This document shows, one piece after another, positions 53,301 to 64,000 of a DNA stretch of 64,000 nt. Source of the DNA: Nemertoderma westbladi (lineage: Eukaryota > Animalia > Xenacoelomorpha); NCBI GenBank assembly GCA_032718475.1, contig JAUCBJ010004174.1:25664-89663 (forward strand), written 5' to 3'. The notes beneath the pieces are model-generated. The model had not been told where the DNA came from. It saw only the letters and a program-made list of their open reading frames with translations, and did not search any database. Positions within the stretch are counted from its first letter, which is position 1. Every line of letters starts with the position of its first letter. The position numbers and the translations under genes are program-made.

Positions 53301-56300
53301 ATAAATTGAATAGGGACATAAATGGTATTGGGACATAAATGGAATTGGGACATAAATGGAATAGGGACATAAATGGAATTGGGACATAAATGGAATTGGG
53401 ACATAAATGGAACAGGGACATAAATGGAATTGGGACATAAATGGAATAGGGACATAAATGGAATTGGGACATAAATGGAACAGGGACATGAATGGAATTG
53501 GGACATAAATGGAACAGGGACATAAATGGAATTGGGACATAAATGGAATTGGGACATAAATGGAATTGGGACATAAATGGAATTGGGACATAAATGGAAT
53601 AGGGACATAAATTGAATAGGGACATAAATGGTATTGGGACATAAATGGAATTGGGACATAAATGGAATAGGGACATAAATGGAATTGGGACATAAATGGA
53701 ATTGGGACATAAATGGAACAGGGACATAAATGGAATAGGGACATAAATGGAATTGGGAAATAAATGGAACAGGGACATAAATGGAATTGGGACATAAATG
53801 GAATAGGGACATAAATAGAATTGGGACATAAATGGAACAGGGACATAAATGGAATTGGGACATAAATGGTATAGGGACATAAATGGAATTGGGACATAAA
53901 TGGAACAGGGACATAAATGGAATTGGGACATAAATGGAATTGGGACATAAATGGAACAGGGACATAAATGGAATTGGGACATAAATGGAATAGGGACATA
54001 AATGGAATAGGGACATAAATAGAATTGGGACATAAATGGAATAGGGACATAAATAGAATTGGGACATAAATGGAATAGGGACATAAATAGAATTGGGACA
54101 TAAATGGAACAGGGACATAAATGGAATTGGGACATAAATGGTATAGGGACATAAATGGAATTGGGACATAAATGGAACAGGGACATAAATGGAATTGGGA
54201 CATAAATGGAATAGGGACATAAATAGAATTGGGACATAAATGGAACAGGGACATAAATGGAATTGGGACATAAATGGAATAGGGACATAAATAGAATTGG
54301 GACATAAATGGAACAGGGACATAAATGGAATTGGGACATAAATGGAATAGGGACATAAATGGAACAGGGACATAAATGGAATTGGGACATAAATGGAACA
54401 GGGACATAAATGGAATTGGGACATAAATGGTATAGGGACATAAATGGAATTGGGACATAAATGTAACAGGGACATAAATGGAATTGGGACATAAATGGAA
54501 TAGGGACATAAATAGAATTGGGACATAAATGGAATTGGGACATAAATGGAACAGGGACATAAATGGAATTGGGACATAAATGGAACAGGGACATAAATGG
54601 AATAGGGACATAAATAGAATTGGGACATAAATGGAACAGGGACATAAATGGAATTGGGACATAAATGGAACAGGGACATAAATGGAATTGGGACATAAAT
54701 GGAATAGGGACATAAATAGAATTGGGACATAAATGGAACAGGGACATAAATGGAATTGGGACATAAATGGAATTGGGACATAAATGGTATAGGGACATAA
54801 ATGGAATTGGGACATAAATGGAATTGGGACATAAATGGAATAGGGACATAAATGGAACAGGGACATAAATGGAATTGGGACATAAATGGAACAGGGACAT
54901 AAATGGAATTGGGACATAAATGGTATAGGGACATAAATGGAATTGGGACATAAATGGAACAGGGACATAAATGGAATTGGGACATAAATGGAATAGGGAC
55001 ATAAATAGAATTGGGACATAAATGGAATTGGGACATAAATGGAACAGGGACATAAATGGAATTGGGACATAAATGGAACAGGGACATAAATGGAATAGGG
55101 ACATAAATAGAATTGGGACATAAATGGAACAGGGACATAAATGGAATTGGGACATAAATGGAACAGGGACATAAATGGAATTGGGACATAAATGGAATAG
55201 GGACATAAATAGAATTGGGACATAAATGGAACAGGGACATAAATGGAACAGGGACATAAATGGAATTGGGACATAAATGGTATAGGGACATAAATGGAAT
55301 TGGGACATAAATGGAACAGGGACATAAATGGAATTTGGACATAAATGGAACAGGGACATAAATGGAATTGGGACATAAATGGAATAGGGACATAAATAGA
55401 ATTGGGACATAAATGGAATTGGGACATAAATGGAACAGGGACATAAATGGAATTGGGACATAAATGGAATAGGGACATAAATAGAATTGGGACATAAATG
55501 GAACAGGGACATAAATGGAATTGGGACATAAATGGAACAGGGACATAAATGGAATTGGGACATAAATGGAATAGGGACATAAATAGAATTGGGACATAAA
55601 TGGAACAGGGACATAAGTGGAATTGGGACATAAATGGAACAGGGACATAAATGGAATTAGGGCATAAAAGTCGTTTAATCATGTTTCAAGGAGGTTCAAA
55701 AGGAAGACCACTTCAGTAAGACCACATACCAGACACCTCATTTAGAAATATATAACCTAAATCATGAATGTTATTTTGAGTGAATTCAAACCAAAATAAT
55801 GGTTATAATGGTTGTGCAGGTATACTGGCTGTGAGATGATATCGCTCGATTAGGCTATATCAATACCCTGGGACTTCTATGTTTTGGTTGCCAATCTGCG
55901 GGCAACGATGCTCGTGTCTGTGGAGGCGCTGTATGCGGTCGTCTACGGTGGATATAGTAGCCAATAGGAAGGGACCACCAGTCTCTGGCACCACGGTTGT
56001 CTGGGTAACCACCAGGGAGGCCCTCTTTCAGTCGTCCTGGTGTGGGCATACGGAGACCAGGAGACCACTGGTGGCGAGGATTGGAATCCATTTTTTTACT
56101 CTGAATCAGATAAAACATGGAAACTGATCAGATGTCATTCAATCTAACCAAATAATTATACACTCAGAATGTCAAACAAAATTAGGTTCATTTTTTAACT
56201 CAATGATTTTGCTTGGTCGATAATTCTGTACAATAAACAATTAATATCACAATTATGTGACATAATTGTGTGATCACAATTAGGGTAATAGTCCGGCAGC

Positions 56301-59300
56301 CACAATGGTATACCGAAAATTTTTGGACGGATTCAATTTTTTTGATGTTTTGAGTTCTATAGGTCCCACTTAATGAGGAAATGGCGATTATAACATTTAT
56401 GACTTTGGGCATTTTGAAATAACGACCTAGTCGCTAAGGACCACGTAATTATCATTTAAAGCATAGCAACTGCAAACAGCATGACACAATGGACTGAAAT
56501 CTTCTACAAAGTCAATATAGTTCATTTACGAAATAATGACAATATTTTTTGTCTGATTTTTAGATCCTGTTGCTATGGAGACGGCATTCAAGTTTAGTGT
56601 TGCGATTTCAAACGCCTTTAATTATACAATTAGTTACAAAATATGCACCAAAGTTAGTTAAATTATGTTTATTTTATTAGCGTGGCCTTTCTGTAACTTT
56701 AGACAAGGTTAAGAATCTAAGTTGGGCTGATATTTATTTCCTCACCTGACATTGTTAGAGTGTTAACATAATTATTAAATATTACAAATTTCAGCGATTA
56801 TAACATTTAGCTGATGTTTCTACGGTAACTATATTTGTTATTTCCAGTTTAGCTCCTTTCTACTGTATTGTGCATCTTATTTTATTGTACCCGTATTCAT
56901 AAATCGATACCGTAAGGGATAGTACAGATAAAGTGCATAAGTACCTTAGCAAAGTAAATTAGAGTGGATTCTATTGTACAGTATATTATGTTCCTGTGTT
57001 CCAACGTACGATATATATAATAATATTTATAATATACCAAATTTTGAGTTGGGTACTACAGTACTTTTTCTTAGGTGACCATTTCGATATGGAGAATTGG
57101 GTTTGGAATTCATAACTATTGATGATCATTAGTTATGATTATTAGTTACGCCTATGATTTATCAATGAGTTAGGCATCACATTTAGTGTTTTCTTTATGG
57201 AATAGCATTTAAATGGGACTTGTTCTAGAAAATTGATATAGTCGTAGTTTCTTATACGTTGAGTCGAATTGATCATTTAATTGTCATCGGTATGTTTTTT
57301 TAATGTTTTTTTAAATGTTTTTTTTAATAATTAAAATGGTACTGTATGTTTGCGTAGTTCTCTAGAAATATAACAGTTGATGATAGCTAATCAAATTAGG
57401 AAACCTAGCAATTACTGTAAAAAATTCTAAAATGACTAGTTCGAACATTCATAAGATATTATGGGTGCCACCTGGAAAAAACAGTAAAACTATTGTATCT
57501 GGTAAAAAAAATAGCTAGTAAAATCTCAAAACTTGATCATATTTAAAAGTCAATAGATAAAATGTAGTTAACGGGCCGGAAACTACATAGTTAACGGGTC
57601 GGGACTAAAGAACTAGATTATGACATAGATATCAAGAGTTATACTAGTATTTCAAACCCGGTTTAATGCCTTGCCATTAAAAGTTTTGGCGGGGTCTGCT
57701 ATTGGTCTACATCGAGCTAAATGTATTGACCATGAGTTCCTCAAAGATGTCACTATGTAATTTGGTATTTTCCTGTTCAGTACGGTGGACTTACATTAGG
57801 GGGGATGCATACATTAATGAGTTTCATTGGATCCATAGGAAGTTTAATGGTTGAAACCGGCCTCTCCGAAGTGTATCGTGTGTATTTTGGCGGTGTTTCG
57901 AAGATGTTATCTGTGAAAAAGTTTCCACAGAACATGCGCGCTATGCGCATTTTCGCAGATAAATATTCTATATTTGTTCTATTATTACATTTTTATCTGA
58001 GGGAAAGAACAGGTATAACCAATTCAATTTTAATAAAATCCCCATTAAAAAACCGTACCGCAGTATTAGACGTGGGCGATACAGTAAAATGCATCGTGGT
58101 ATCATAGGAAATCTATTTCATGCATTATCATCATGCATTATCTGGGTGTGAAACGGTTGCGAGTATGTTTGGGATTGGCAAAGCGAAAGTCATCAAGGCT
58201 TTGGAGAAAGGACCCACTCTTACTTGTTTGGGAGATATGGAAGCACCGCAATAACAGACTTAATGGAATGTACTAACTTTATAACTGACTGGCGTGACTG
58301 CTATGGATATGACTCAGACAACATGATCCAGTCACGACAAAAGGTGTGTACAGAAAAAACAATTACCAGCTGTGCAAAGCTGCAAACAATACCACCAACC
58401 ACTGACTCCTTCTCAGAGAACGTGAAAAGAGTCCATTTGCAAGTAATGGTGTGGAAGAACTCAATGGACTATGGAACTTTTCCCAATATTTTACAGACGA
58501 TTTAAAATGCCTTGTAATGGCTCAGTAGAACTCAATAAAATTAATTCAGTATCGTTATACTTGTTTGAAAATTAATTTAATTATATTAAAAACATTTAAG
58601 GGAAAGGAGCAGGTTACAGTGACGGTGTTTTCTAACCAAAACAATAAACTATGCGTTATTTCACTTGCGGTCAATTAGCGCTGAAGATCACTATTTTCAC
58701 TTGCGGTCAAAGTGCGCCACTATCTGAAACAAGCGCCAATTATTTATATATACATTTTAAAGTAATAATTTGTTGTCAAGGTTTTAAATGCTTCCGATGT
58801 GATGTCCGCAATAAATTACTGTGGTTTCCATGAAAACGGGTATTTGTTGCTAAACATATTTCTACACAAAATTGATGTGGTGCATATTATTTAGGGAAAC
58901 ATTATTATTAATAAAGTGCACAGACGAAACAAAAAACACATGAGTGTCAGTAGGCATAGTAGTTTTTCCTTGGAAAGATAGAGCGATAGTTGTAGTGCCT
59001 TCGTTACCATAGCAACACTTCAATAGTTTCTCTAAAATTTTCATATTTTCCATCAAAATTACAACCAGTTCAAACCCATCAGTTAATCGCCATTCTGATT
59101 GCTAAGCTTTCAAAGAAATTGCTGTAGTCCATAGAAACGGGTCATTAATTCAAATTGCCCAAGGTGTCAAAGTCCATAAATCACTTTTTCATGTTAAGAG
59201 GGACCCCTAGACACCAAAACAGCCAAAAAATGTAATCCGTCCAAAAATTTTCGGTTGGGCCAAAAAGAGGTACTTGGCTGCCGGACTATAAAGGATTACA

Positions 59301-62300
59301 ATCAGAAAGGAATTATGAATTACAATTATAATTGATTATAGTTTTATAATTAACTATAATTATATGAAAATAAATAGTTAACTTTTTTAATACTATGAAT
59401 AACAATCGGTTAACAATCCATTTAGACATTCAATATAGATAATTTAAATAAATTTGTCGAATATCAACATTAGACTGCGATTACCCGAAAAGCAAAGTTA
59501 CACTCCGGAAACTTTTCGGTCACAGGATGACCCCGATAAAGAACGCGACATGTCTTCTTCTTTCGTTTACCAATTGTCTGACTCTCCTGGTGACGTTAAC
59601 CACAAAATAAAATAATTAATGTCATAAATGACCACCTTGGAAATATAGAACAGCTAGGCTCACTTAATGCATCAGCATTAGCTTAATGCATCAGCATTAG
59701 CTTAATGTATTAGCATTAGCTTAATGCATCAGCATTAGCTTAATGCATCAGCATTAGCTTAATGCATCAGCATTAGCTTAATGCATTAGCAATAGCTTAA
59801 TGCATTAGCAATAGCTTAATGCATTAGCATTAGCTTAATGCATCAGCATTAGCTTAATGCATTAGCATTAGCTTAATGCATCAGCATTAGCTTAATGCAT
59901 CAGCTTAATGCATCAGCATTAGCTTAATGCATCAGCATTAGCTTAATGCATTAGCAATAGCTTAATGCATTAGCATTAGCTTAATGCGTCAGCATTAGCT
60001 TAATGCATCAGCATTAGCTTAATGCATTAGCAATAGCTTAATGCATTAGCATTAGCTTAATGCATCAGCATTAGCTTAATGCATTAGCATTAGCTTAATG
60101 CATCAGCTTAATGCATTAGCATTAGCTTAATGCATTAGCATTAGCTTAATGCATCAGCATTAGCTTAATGCATCAGCATTAGCTTAATGCATCAGCATTA
60201 GCTTAATGCATCAGCATTAGCTTAATGCATCAGCATTAGCTTAATGCATCAGCATTAGCTTAATGCATCAGCATTAGCTTAATGCATCAGCATTAGCTTA
60301 ATGCATCAGCATTAGCTTAATGAATTAGCATTAGCTTAATGCATCAGCATTAGCTTAATGCATTACAGTCAAGTCAATGTTATAAATAATCATTGTTACT
60401 CTTACGTTGCAATGCCGCATTGCAGCTGCATTATATATAATATATATTTTTTAATGCATGGTCGCATCCAATGCTCTCGAGTAATTTTGACTGAAATTGA
60501 GCTGGGCCCATTTTATAAACAAAAAGGCGCCAAATAATGCCGCTTATCTATCCCATCATAGTAGACATGTACCGAACAACAAGAGTCCCACAAGAAATGA
60601 AAACAAATAAGTTGGTGCCAGTTCACAAGAAGGGCAACCTAACACTCTATGGTTCTTTTCGGGGAATCTCATTGATCTCGATTGCTGCAAAGCTATACAA
60701 TAGGATTCTATTAAATCGCATCAGGGATCCCATTGAGAGACTGCTCCGTGGAAATCAGAATGGGTTCCGTAAAGGTCGTGGGACCATGGAGCCCATTTTG
60801 GCACTTAGAAGGATAATTGAAGAGTTATCAAAAAAGAAAGACAGGCATCTGGCTGTTATCTTTGTTGACTTCTTCAAGGCCTTTCATTCAGTCTCTCGTT
60901 CATGTATGTTCAGCATACTTTCATTATATGGGATTCCTGATGAAATTATTGCAGCAATCAGATCAGTATACGATGGTTCGACAACATTTGTGTCTACTGT
61001 TGACGGTGACACAGAACCATTTGAAGTGTTATGGGGCGTCCTCCAAGGAGACACACTTGCACCATTCTTGTTCATTATTGTGGTTGACTATGTTCTACGC
61101 ATGTCCTTAGATCATCATAATGATGATGGGGTGATGATAACTCCACCTACTGGCTCCAGAAGTCGAGGAAATCTTACCAAGTACCTAACTGATCTAGACT
61201 TTGCTGATGACTTTTTAGGAGTACTCTCAGAATCACGAGAGGGAGCCCAACGGCTCCTCAGCTCAATAGAACATGCTGCTTCTAGTGTTGGTCTTTATAT
61301 TAACTCTAAAAAGACCAAAATTTTGACAGTTAACTTTGAAAGTCCTCAGCAAGTCTCTCATCGGATGAGCATAAGCTCAAAGGATGGTATGCTTGAGCAT
61401 GTGGACGACTTCTGTTACCTGGGATCATGGATCAAGAAGTCAGGTAAGGACCTTCGAATACGTAAGTGAAAGGCATGGGCAGTCTTGAATAGGTTTTCCA
61501 GGATTTGGAAGTCACAGAGAATTAATCGGAAACTTAAGGTCCGAGTATTCAGAGCAGCAGTAGTTCCAGTACTCCTCTATGAGAGTCCATGCTGGGCTCT
61601 AACTGCTGAGGACACCAAATCTCTGGATGGCACATTCACAAGAATGCTACGCGGGGTTCATTGTGTCAAGTATAAAGCACACATCTCAATCCAGACAAAC
61701 TAGAACAAAGTCGCCTCCGCTTTGCAGGACATTGCTTTCGCCGTGAGGACCAGCCAGTGCATAATCTTGTGCTTTGGCAGCCTCATGGAGTGAATAAGCA
61801 TGGTGTACAGCCCATGACTTTCTTGAGACGCATCTCGGCAAGGACACTGGCCTTGAAGATGCGGATGATCTAGCAAATGTCATGGGTGATAGGGAGTTGT
61901 GGCGGTGCAATTTTGTTGACAAGCCGGCACAGCATTCTTAAAAATGCAGCTACAATGCAGCATGCCGATCCTAGTAGTAGTAGTAATGTATTCCATAATT
62001 TATTTTGACTTCTAACTAATGACATACAAGTGGCACACGGGCCTTAATGAGGCCACCAAAGCATACGATACAGATCCTCGCGATGAAAGCAATGGCGGCT
62101 CCTTTCAAGTGCTAAGCTTTTGGGGATCAATCCAAAGATATGGTGGACTCAGCAGTTAGAGCCCAGCACAGACTCCCATATACGAGCACTGGTTCTACTG
62201 TCTGTACTGCAGCTCTAAATAATTGAACTTTGTGTGAATGGGATGAGCACAAATGGCAGTGTATCCACTCAGTAAATTATTGGTAGTAACGGTAGGGAAG

Positions 62301-62867
62301 CCGTGAGGACGTAAATTCTATCTATCTTTCACCGGAACCGCAAGCGGAATGGTTAGAGCACTAATTGTCATCATTTCGATCCCACCTGGGAGTCATTCAG
62401 TCATTGCGCCTTTGCTAAGCTGTACCCAAAAAATGATATAAAAATAATATCGGACCACATTTAATTACTCAATACTGATACATAAATTATATACTTACCC
62501 TTTGCGAGCGCATAGTAAGTCTAGATGGGGTCTTCCTTTGCTTGGGAGGAGCAGTTTTAGCTCTTGGGCTGCGGAAACCAGAAGTTTTGTTAATTGTATA
62601 AGGCGATATTCCGCTACCGTAATCCATGTTGGTAAGGTTCATAGTGAAGTGGCGGAGCGCTTGCGGTGACAGCTTAATAAACAAAATTAAATGATTTATA
62701 GATGAAATAACACAGTAATTGTCAGCATTTTATTTAATGGACATTACACGGTACAGCACTATCAATTATTATAACTAACCCCCGAGAGATAGCGAGTATC
62801 AACTTGTTCTACTTCGTATCTTCGTAGTACCGGCTGTCCACTCGTATCAACATACAAAGGGTACGCC
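17206..62867 (-). CDS. ERICH3: ERICH3-like (glutamate-rich protein 3, DUF4590) multi-exon gene, 5' part outside the window. Exons: 62780-62867, 62499-62672, 59485-59586, 55867-56100, 51790-51979, 50997-51183, 49266-49344, 19559-19625, 18014-19309, 17206-17378
   Basis: Spliced translation gives LLQQHCGGNTIVVFRQYLLPGDEFTFTSMRHFGYPFSVACYINGVMDTRLSSCCEYKHKTGVPIGGKEGRFSFTEVVGGQPCYKC, recognisable as the ERICH3/DUF4590 motif (QQHCGG...RLSSCCEYKH...PCYKC); all junctions are GT-AG and phase-compatible. Confidence 0.85.
18014..19309 (-). CDS. ERICH3: ERICH3-like large acidic exon with a 10-aa RRDSxKS repeat
   Basis: 1296-bp phase 1-1 exon inside ORF 18000-19367; donor CAG|GTATT; 30-bp tandem coding repeat at ~18190-18610. 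Confidence 0.8.
19559..19625 (-). CDS. ERICH3: ERICH3-like exon (VEDDKDDYDKESFDSDHEETQK)
   Basis: Acceptor TTGTTTCAG, donor AAG|GTTTGT, phase 0-1. Confidence 0.75.
20399..21865 (+). pseudogene. N-terminal part of the BEL gag ORF (frameshifted; charged/coiled-coil region)
   Basis: Overlapping + ORFs 20377-21801; the last frame (...DNPNQTFVAVN) rejoins ILPGNNNS at 42818 when the Helitron array is removed. Confidence 0.6.
23619..35959 (+). repeat. ~1.5-kb tandem repeat (seven near-identical Helitron units plus one chimeric unit)
   Basis: The same sequence and the same spurious ORFs recur every ~1.5 kb. Confidence 0.95.
27714..28292. repeat. (CCGAG)n pentanucleotide microsatellite within chimeric Helitron unit 26615-28408, preceded by CCCTTCGAGCAGCACGTG minisatellite repeats (~27468-27700)
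   Basis: Direct read. Confidence 0.97.
36970..37295. repeat. Left subterminal array, 15 x 22 bp (TCAACCCGGGTTGAAATTAATA)
   Basis: Period 22; each unit has the 14-bp palindrome TCAACCCGGGTTGA. Confidence 0.97.
37515..40631 (+). CDS. HECT-domain E3 ubiquitin ligase (G2E3-like HECT), 5 exons: 37515-38946, 39065-39252, 39373-39554, 39664-39881, 40357-40631; 764 aa
   Basis: VKFIGERGIDAGGPSREF, YYLAGKMIG, AIEQFQDGL, LLIFVTGIDAVPALGF, catalytic LPRSNTC, conserved Phe four residues from the C-terminus (FTDD*); GT-AG introns; 2295 bp open frame. Confidence 0.9.
40785..42041 (-). CDS. DDE transposase / integrase-core protein (IS3/rve-like), 418 aa, intronless
   Basis: HIDGWDK (D), IDG-like MDGFSRKIMWL, IRSDRGTEN (D), STRNQRIE (E), HNSHRIR; N-terminal HTH-like region (YTHAEIAQIL...ISCRTVRRYL). 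Confidence 0.9.
   Translation of the reverse strand: MTKYVTTVTLSVPVAALVLIIILLPILVSAQPWRKEISDNFWLGYTHAEIAQILQQSCGLYISCRTVRRYLSSIKLHRRFNPADFGVIVDTIQNELHKNSSDNRSPSTAGYRQMQHVLMYQHNIYVPRKLTAELLRILDPDGRLCRIKHKLTRRTYFSKGPNFLLHIDGWDKLKPFGLAIHGGMDGFSRKIMWLKCGQSNNDPFVVAAYFLEIIDLLRGIPHIIRSDRGTENVNIEIIQRFLRLYHNDDAALNGTTFIYGKSTRNQRIESFWSKIPILGLSHWLDHFAELELAFLDTSNFIHIEIVRYVYLPFLQYTLDLIMVYHNSHRIRRSGLLSPGGKPNLLYLQSPNYIHHVEIESLASMRIFATKLPHCIPEIANLCDSFLEDTALVTPRCCQSLGECKQTLLFLISNIMHYL
42316..42541. repeat. Right subterminal array, 10 x 22 bp, inverted relative to the left array
   Basis: TATTAATTTCAACCCGGGTTGA units at 42328-42526. Confidence 0.97.
42818..46525 (+). pseudogene. BEL/Pao gag (DUF1759-like) and aspartic protease (DUF1758-like), frameshifted
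   Basis: ORFs 42732-43418, 43449-44270, 44248-45117, 45074-46525; IDSGA protease motif; internal 36-bp and 66-bp coding repeats. Confidence 0.8.
47622..48672. mobile_element. ~1.05-kb segment bounded by ~150-bp inverted repeats, containing a degraded Academ-like transposase fragment on the minus strand
   Basis: 47622-47772 is the reverse complement of 48527-48672; minus-strand DFPATGEVYHQICSVNFRT at ~47826-47885; no TSD seen. Confidence 0.55.
49061..49229. repeat. 80-bp tandem duplication
   Basis: 49061-49140 repeated at 49141-49220. Confidence 0.9.
49266..49344 (-). CDS. ERICH3: ERICH3-like exon (CQAAAAGTKLPVLKSKPKKKEEPPKK)
   Basis: Acceptor TTTAATTTTAG, donor AAG|GTACG, phase 2-0; completes the PCYKC motif. 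Confidence 0.8.
50242..50745 (+). CDS. Candidate nested antisense single-exon gene, 167 aa, with hydrophobic N- and C-terminal segments; function unknown
   Basis: ATG-to-TAA ORF coincides with a GC-rich island in an AT-rich intron; AATAAA at ~50892. Confidence 0.45.
   Translation: MNKRKLAVVLVGAGLLTGSVYLHHRYSCCHDLHSNVCECKRRSLVTGGSVFVRPAHSVHRCGAFGATRSCFGLDKHYPPEWLSSGRDKPTSHIGGRTSAETWSNLARSWSKRSVGGLDHKGGAYTWSKGVLVFGLVVGGVAMALRTAQGQLLLAFIAGVDIIKELQQ
50997..51183 (-). CDS. ERICH3: ERICH3-like DUF4590 exon
   Basis: RHFGYPFS...RLSSCCEYKH...PCY; acceptor TTACAG, donor AA|GTGAGT. Confidence 0.9.
51790..51979 (-). CDS. ERICH3: ERICH3-like DUF4590 exon
   Basis: LLQQHCGGNT motif; donor G|GTAAGA; acceptor TTACTCCCCAG (an in-frame alternative acceptor at ~52033 is possible). 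Confidence 0.85.
52957..55668. repeat. 17-bp minisatellite (GGGACATAAATGGAATT and variants), ~160 copies, intronic
   Basis: Period 17; variants end in -AATT, -AACA, -AATA, -TATT. Confidence 0.98.
55867..56100 (-). CDS. ERICH3: ERICH3-like exon
   Basis: Acceptor TCTGATTCAG, donor AGG|GTATTG, 234 bp, phase 0-0. Confidence 0.7.
56289..59288 (+). mobile_element. Internally deleted Academ (AcademX-type) DNA transposon, 3.0 kb
   Basis: TIR TAGTCCGGCAGCCA...TGGCTGCCGGACTA with imperfect extension to ~150 bp; 3-bp TSD TAA; coding remnants LGGMHTLMSFIGSIG...KKFPQNMRA (57790-57960) and XPG-like HALSGCETVASMFGIGK...PPTTDSFSENVKRVHLQ (58130-58500). Confidence 0.85.
59485..59586 (-). CDS. ERICH3: ERICH3-like exon (ESQTIGKRKKKTCRVLYRGHPVTEKFPECNFAFR)
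   Basis: Acceptor CACCAG, donor CGG|GTAATC, 102 bp, phase 0-0. Confidence 0.65.
59663..60365. repeat. 19-bp quasi-palindromic minisatellite (CTTAATGCATCAGCATTAG), ~37 copies
   Basis: Period 19; GCATTA-GCT-TAATGC inverted repeat at each junction. Confidence 0.95.
60537..61986 (+). mobile_element. 5'-truncated non-LTR retrotransposon (RTE-like LINE): RT domain with a premature stop, 3' (TAG)n tail
   Basis: VPVHKKG, FRGISL, QNGFRKGR, FVDFFKAF, GVLQGDTLAPFLF, LDFADD, FCYLGS; TAGTAGTAGTAG at ~61972. Confidence 0.92.
62020..62235 (-). mobile_element. Degraded fragment of the same LINE family, inverted
   Basis: Reverse complement resembles 61535-61630 (LFRAAV.PVL.Y.S.CWALTAE). Confidence 0.55.
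62499..62672 (-). CDS. ERICH3: ERICH3-like exon
   Basis: Acceptor TTTGTTTATTAAG, donor AGG|GTAAGT, 174 bp, phase 0-0. Confidence 0.75.
62780..62867 (-). CDS. ERICH3: ERICH3-like exon (AYPLYVDTSGQPVLRRYEVEQVDTRYLSG)
   Basis: Acceptor TTCCATTAG, donor GGG|GTTAGT, phase 2-0. Confidence 0.7.
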
Positions 62868-62928
62868 CTAATGGAATACAAAGGGACGCCCAAATGGAAA
62901 GTAAAGGGACGCACTAATGGGACCACAA

Positions 62929-64000
62929 GGGTGTGCGGACACTTCCCCCCCGGACACTTCCCCCCGGACACTTCCCCCCAGACACTGACCGCCCCTGACT
63001 GTTCTTAACTTCGCACATTCTTATTTTTCATTTTGTAAGGTAAACGGACCGCTTGTATCCAGACAAGTTGTATCTAATGTTCCTTTCTTAGCTCAGAAAG
63101 TGATCTTTTGCATCCCGATTTTACATTTTATATCCAAGTTTTATTTATGGATTTTATCAATGCAATTATATTGTATTGTTTGCTAATCTAGTCTAATCTA
63201 ATCTAATCTAATCTAATTACATGACCTATTAATTCCATCCCCCGAATGATATACTGTTTTTATTAACTATAGAATTATAATAATTAATTGTTTTAATTAT
63301 AGGTATTATTATGTAATAGTCTTCTTCAAATTGTAGCAGATGAGGATGAATATTATTGTTGCAATCAAAATTATACCTCTCCAGGGTAAAATCGACATGC
63401 GTCGACCTGTATTCTGTGTTCAGCATTACATATTGATAAATTAATTAAATTTCCGGTTACTTGCAATATTTTTAATAGGATTTTGTTGAATTATATAATA
63501 TTGTAGTAATTTATATATTAATTTGGTTAACATTCAATACAGCTCCTACTTTAGGCTTAGTCAATTTATTATCTGATGATACAAACATGAATTAATTATT
63601 TCAAAATGGTCTTAAAGTCTTTCACCACGGGCACACAGGGAAATGCCGGGGTTTGGGGGCCATAGCCCCCAACAAAAGAAGCGGGGGTTTGGGGGCGGCA
63701 GCCCCCACCAAAAGAAGCGGGGGTTTGGGGGCGGCAAAAAAAAGCACCCCAATTGAAAAACAAACAAAATTTGACATAAAAATTTCTTTTATAATTTTGA
63801 AAAAACTTGTCTAGATACAACTTGTCCTGTAACCATCTTTAACTTTTGTTTATTGCTTTGATGCACCCAGATTAATTTTAACACTTTAAACTGGGGGGGA
63901 AGTGTCCGGGGGGGAAGTGTCCGGGGGGGAAGTGTCCGGGGGGAAGTGTCCGGGGGGAAGTGTCCGGGGGGGAAGTGTCCTACTTGGGCGGGGGGGGGGG
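62929..64000. mobile_element. Non-autonomous foldback-type DNA element with inverted subterminal arrays (GGACACTTCCCCCC)n / (GGGGGGAAGTGTCC)n; the right end may extend past the window
   Basis: 62937-62985 versus 63893-63980 are reverse-complement repeat arrays; internal ~36-bp GGGGTTTGGGGGC repeats at 63647-63735. Confidence 0.7.

Noticed and set aside
52876-55682. Three ~900-aa ORFs (MSLFHLCPNSIYVPIPF repeats)
   Set aside because: They are artefacts of a stop-free 17-bp minisatellite read in three frames within an intron.

Overview
This is AT-rich eukaryotic (animal-like) genomic DNA, so most of the ORF track is exon fragments or repeat artefacts. The backbone is a minus-strand multi-exon ERICH3-like (DUF4590) gene: ten phase-compatible GT-AG exons run from 62867 down to 17206, and the 5' end lies beyond the window. 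Three further Ser/Arg-rich minus-strand exons lie at 9253-1058. The ~29.6 kb intron (19626-49265) holds three levels of nested mobile DNA. A BEL/Pao LTR-retrotransposon gag-protease remnant is split in frame by a 20.95 kb head-to-tail array of ten Helentron/DINE-1-like non-autonomous Helitrons. The last Helitron carries an apparently intact 5.7 kb DNA transposon (36894-42614) with TACGG...CCGTA termini and a 6-bp TSD (IS3EU-like). That element encodes a 5-exon, 764-aa HECT E3 ubiquitin ligase convergent with a DDE transposase that begins with a signal-peptide-like segment, and its TIRs contain arrays of a 22-bp palindromic unit. Also present are a 6.5 kb 53-bp satellite built from an exon/splice-donor junction, a deleted Academ transposon with TIRs and TSD, a piggyBac-type non-autonomous element, RTE-like LINE fragments, palindromic MITEs, 17-bp and 19-bp minisatellites, and a candidate nested antisense 167-aa gene. 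Family assignments rest on motif recognition by eye; no database searches were run.
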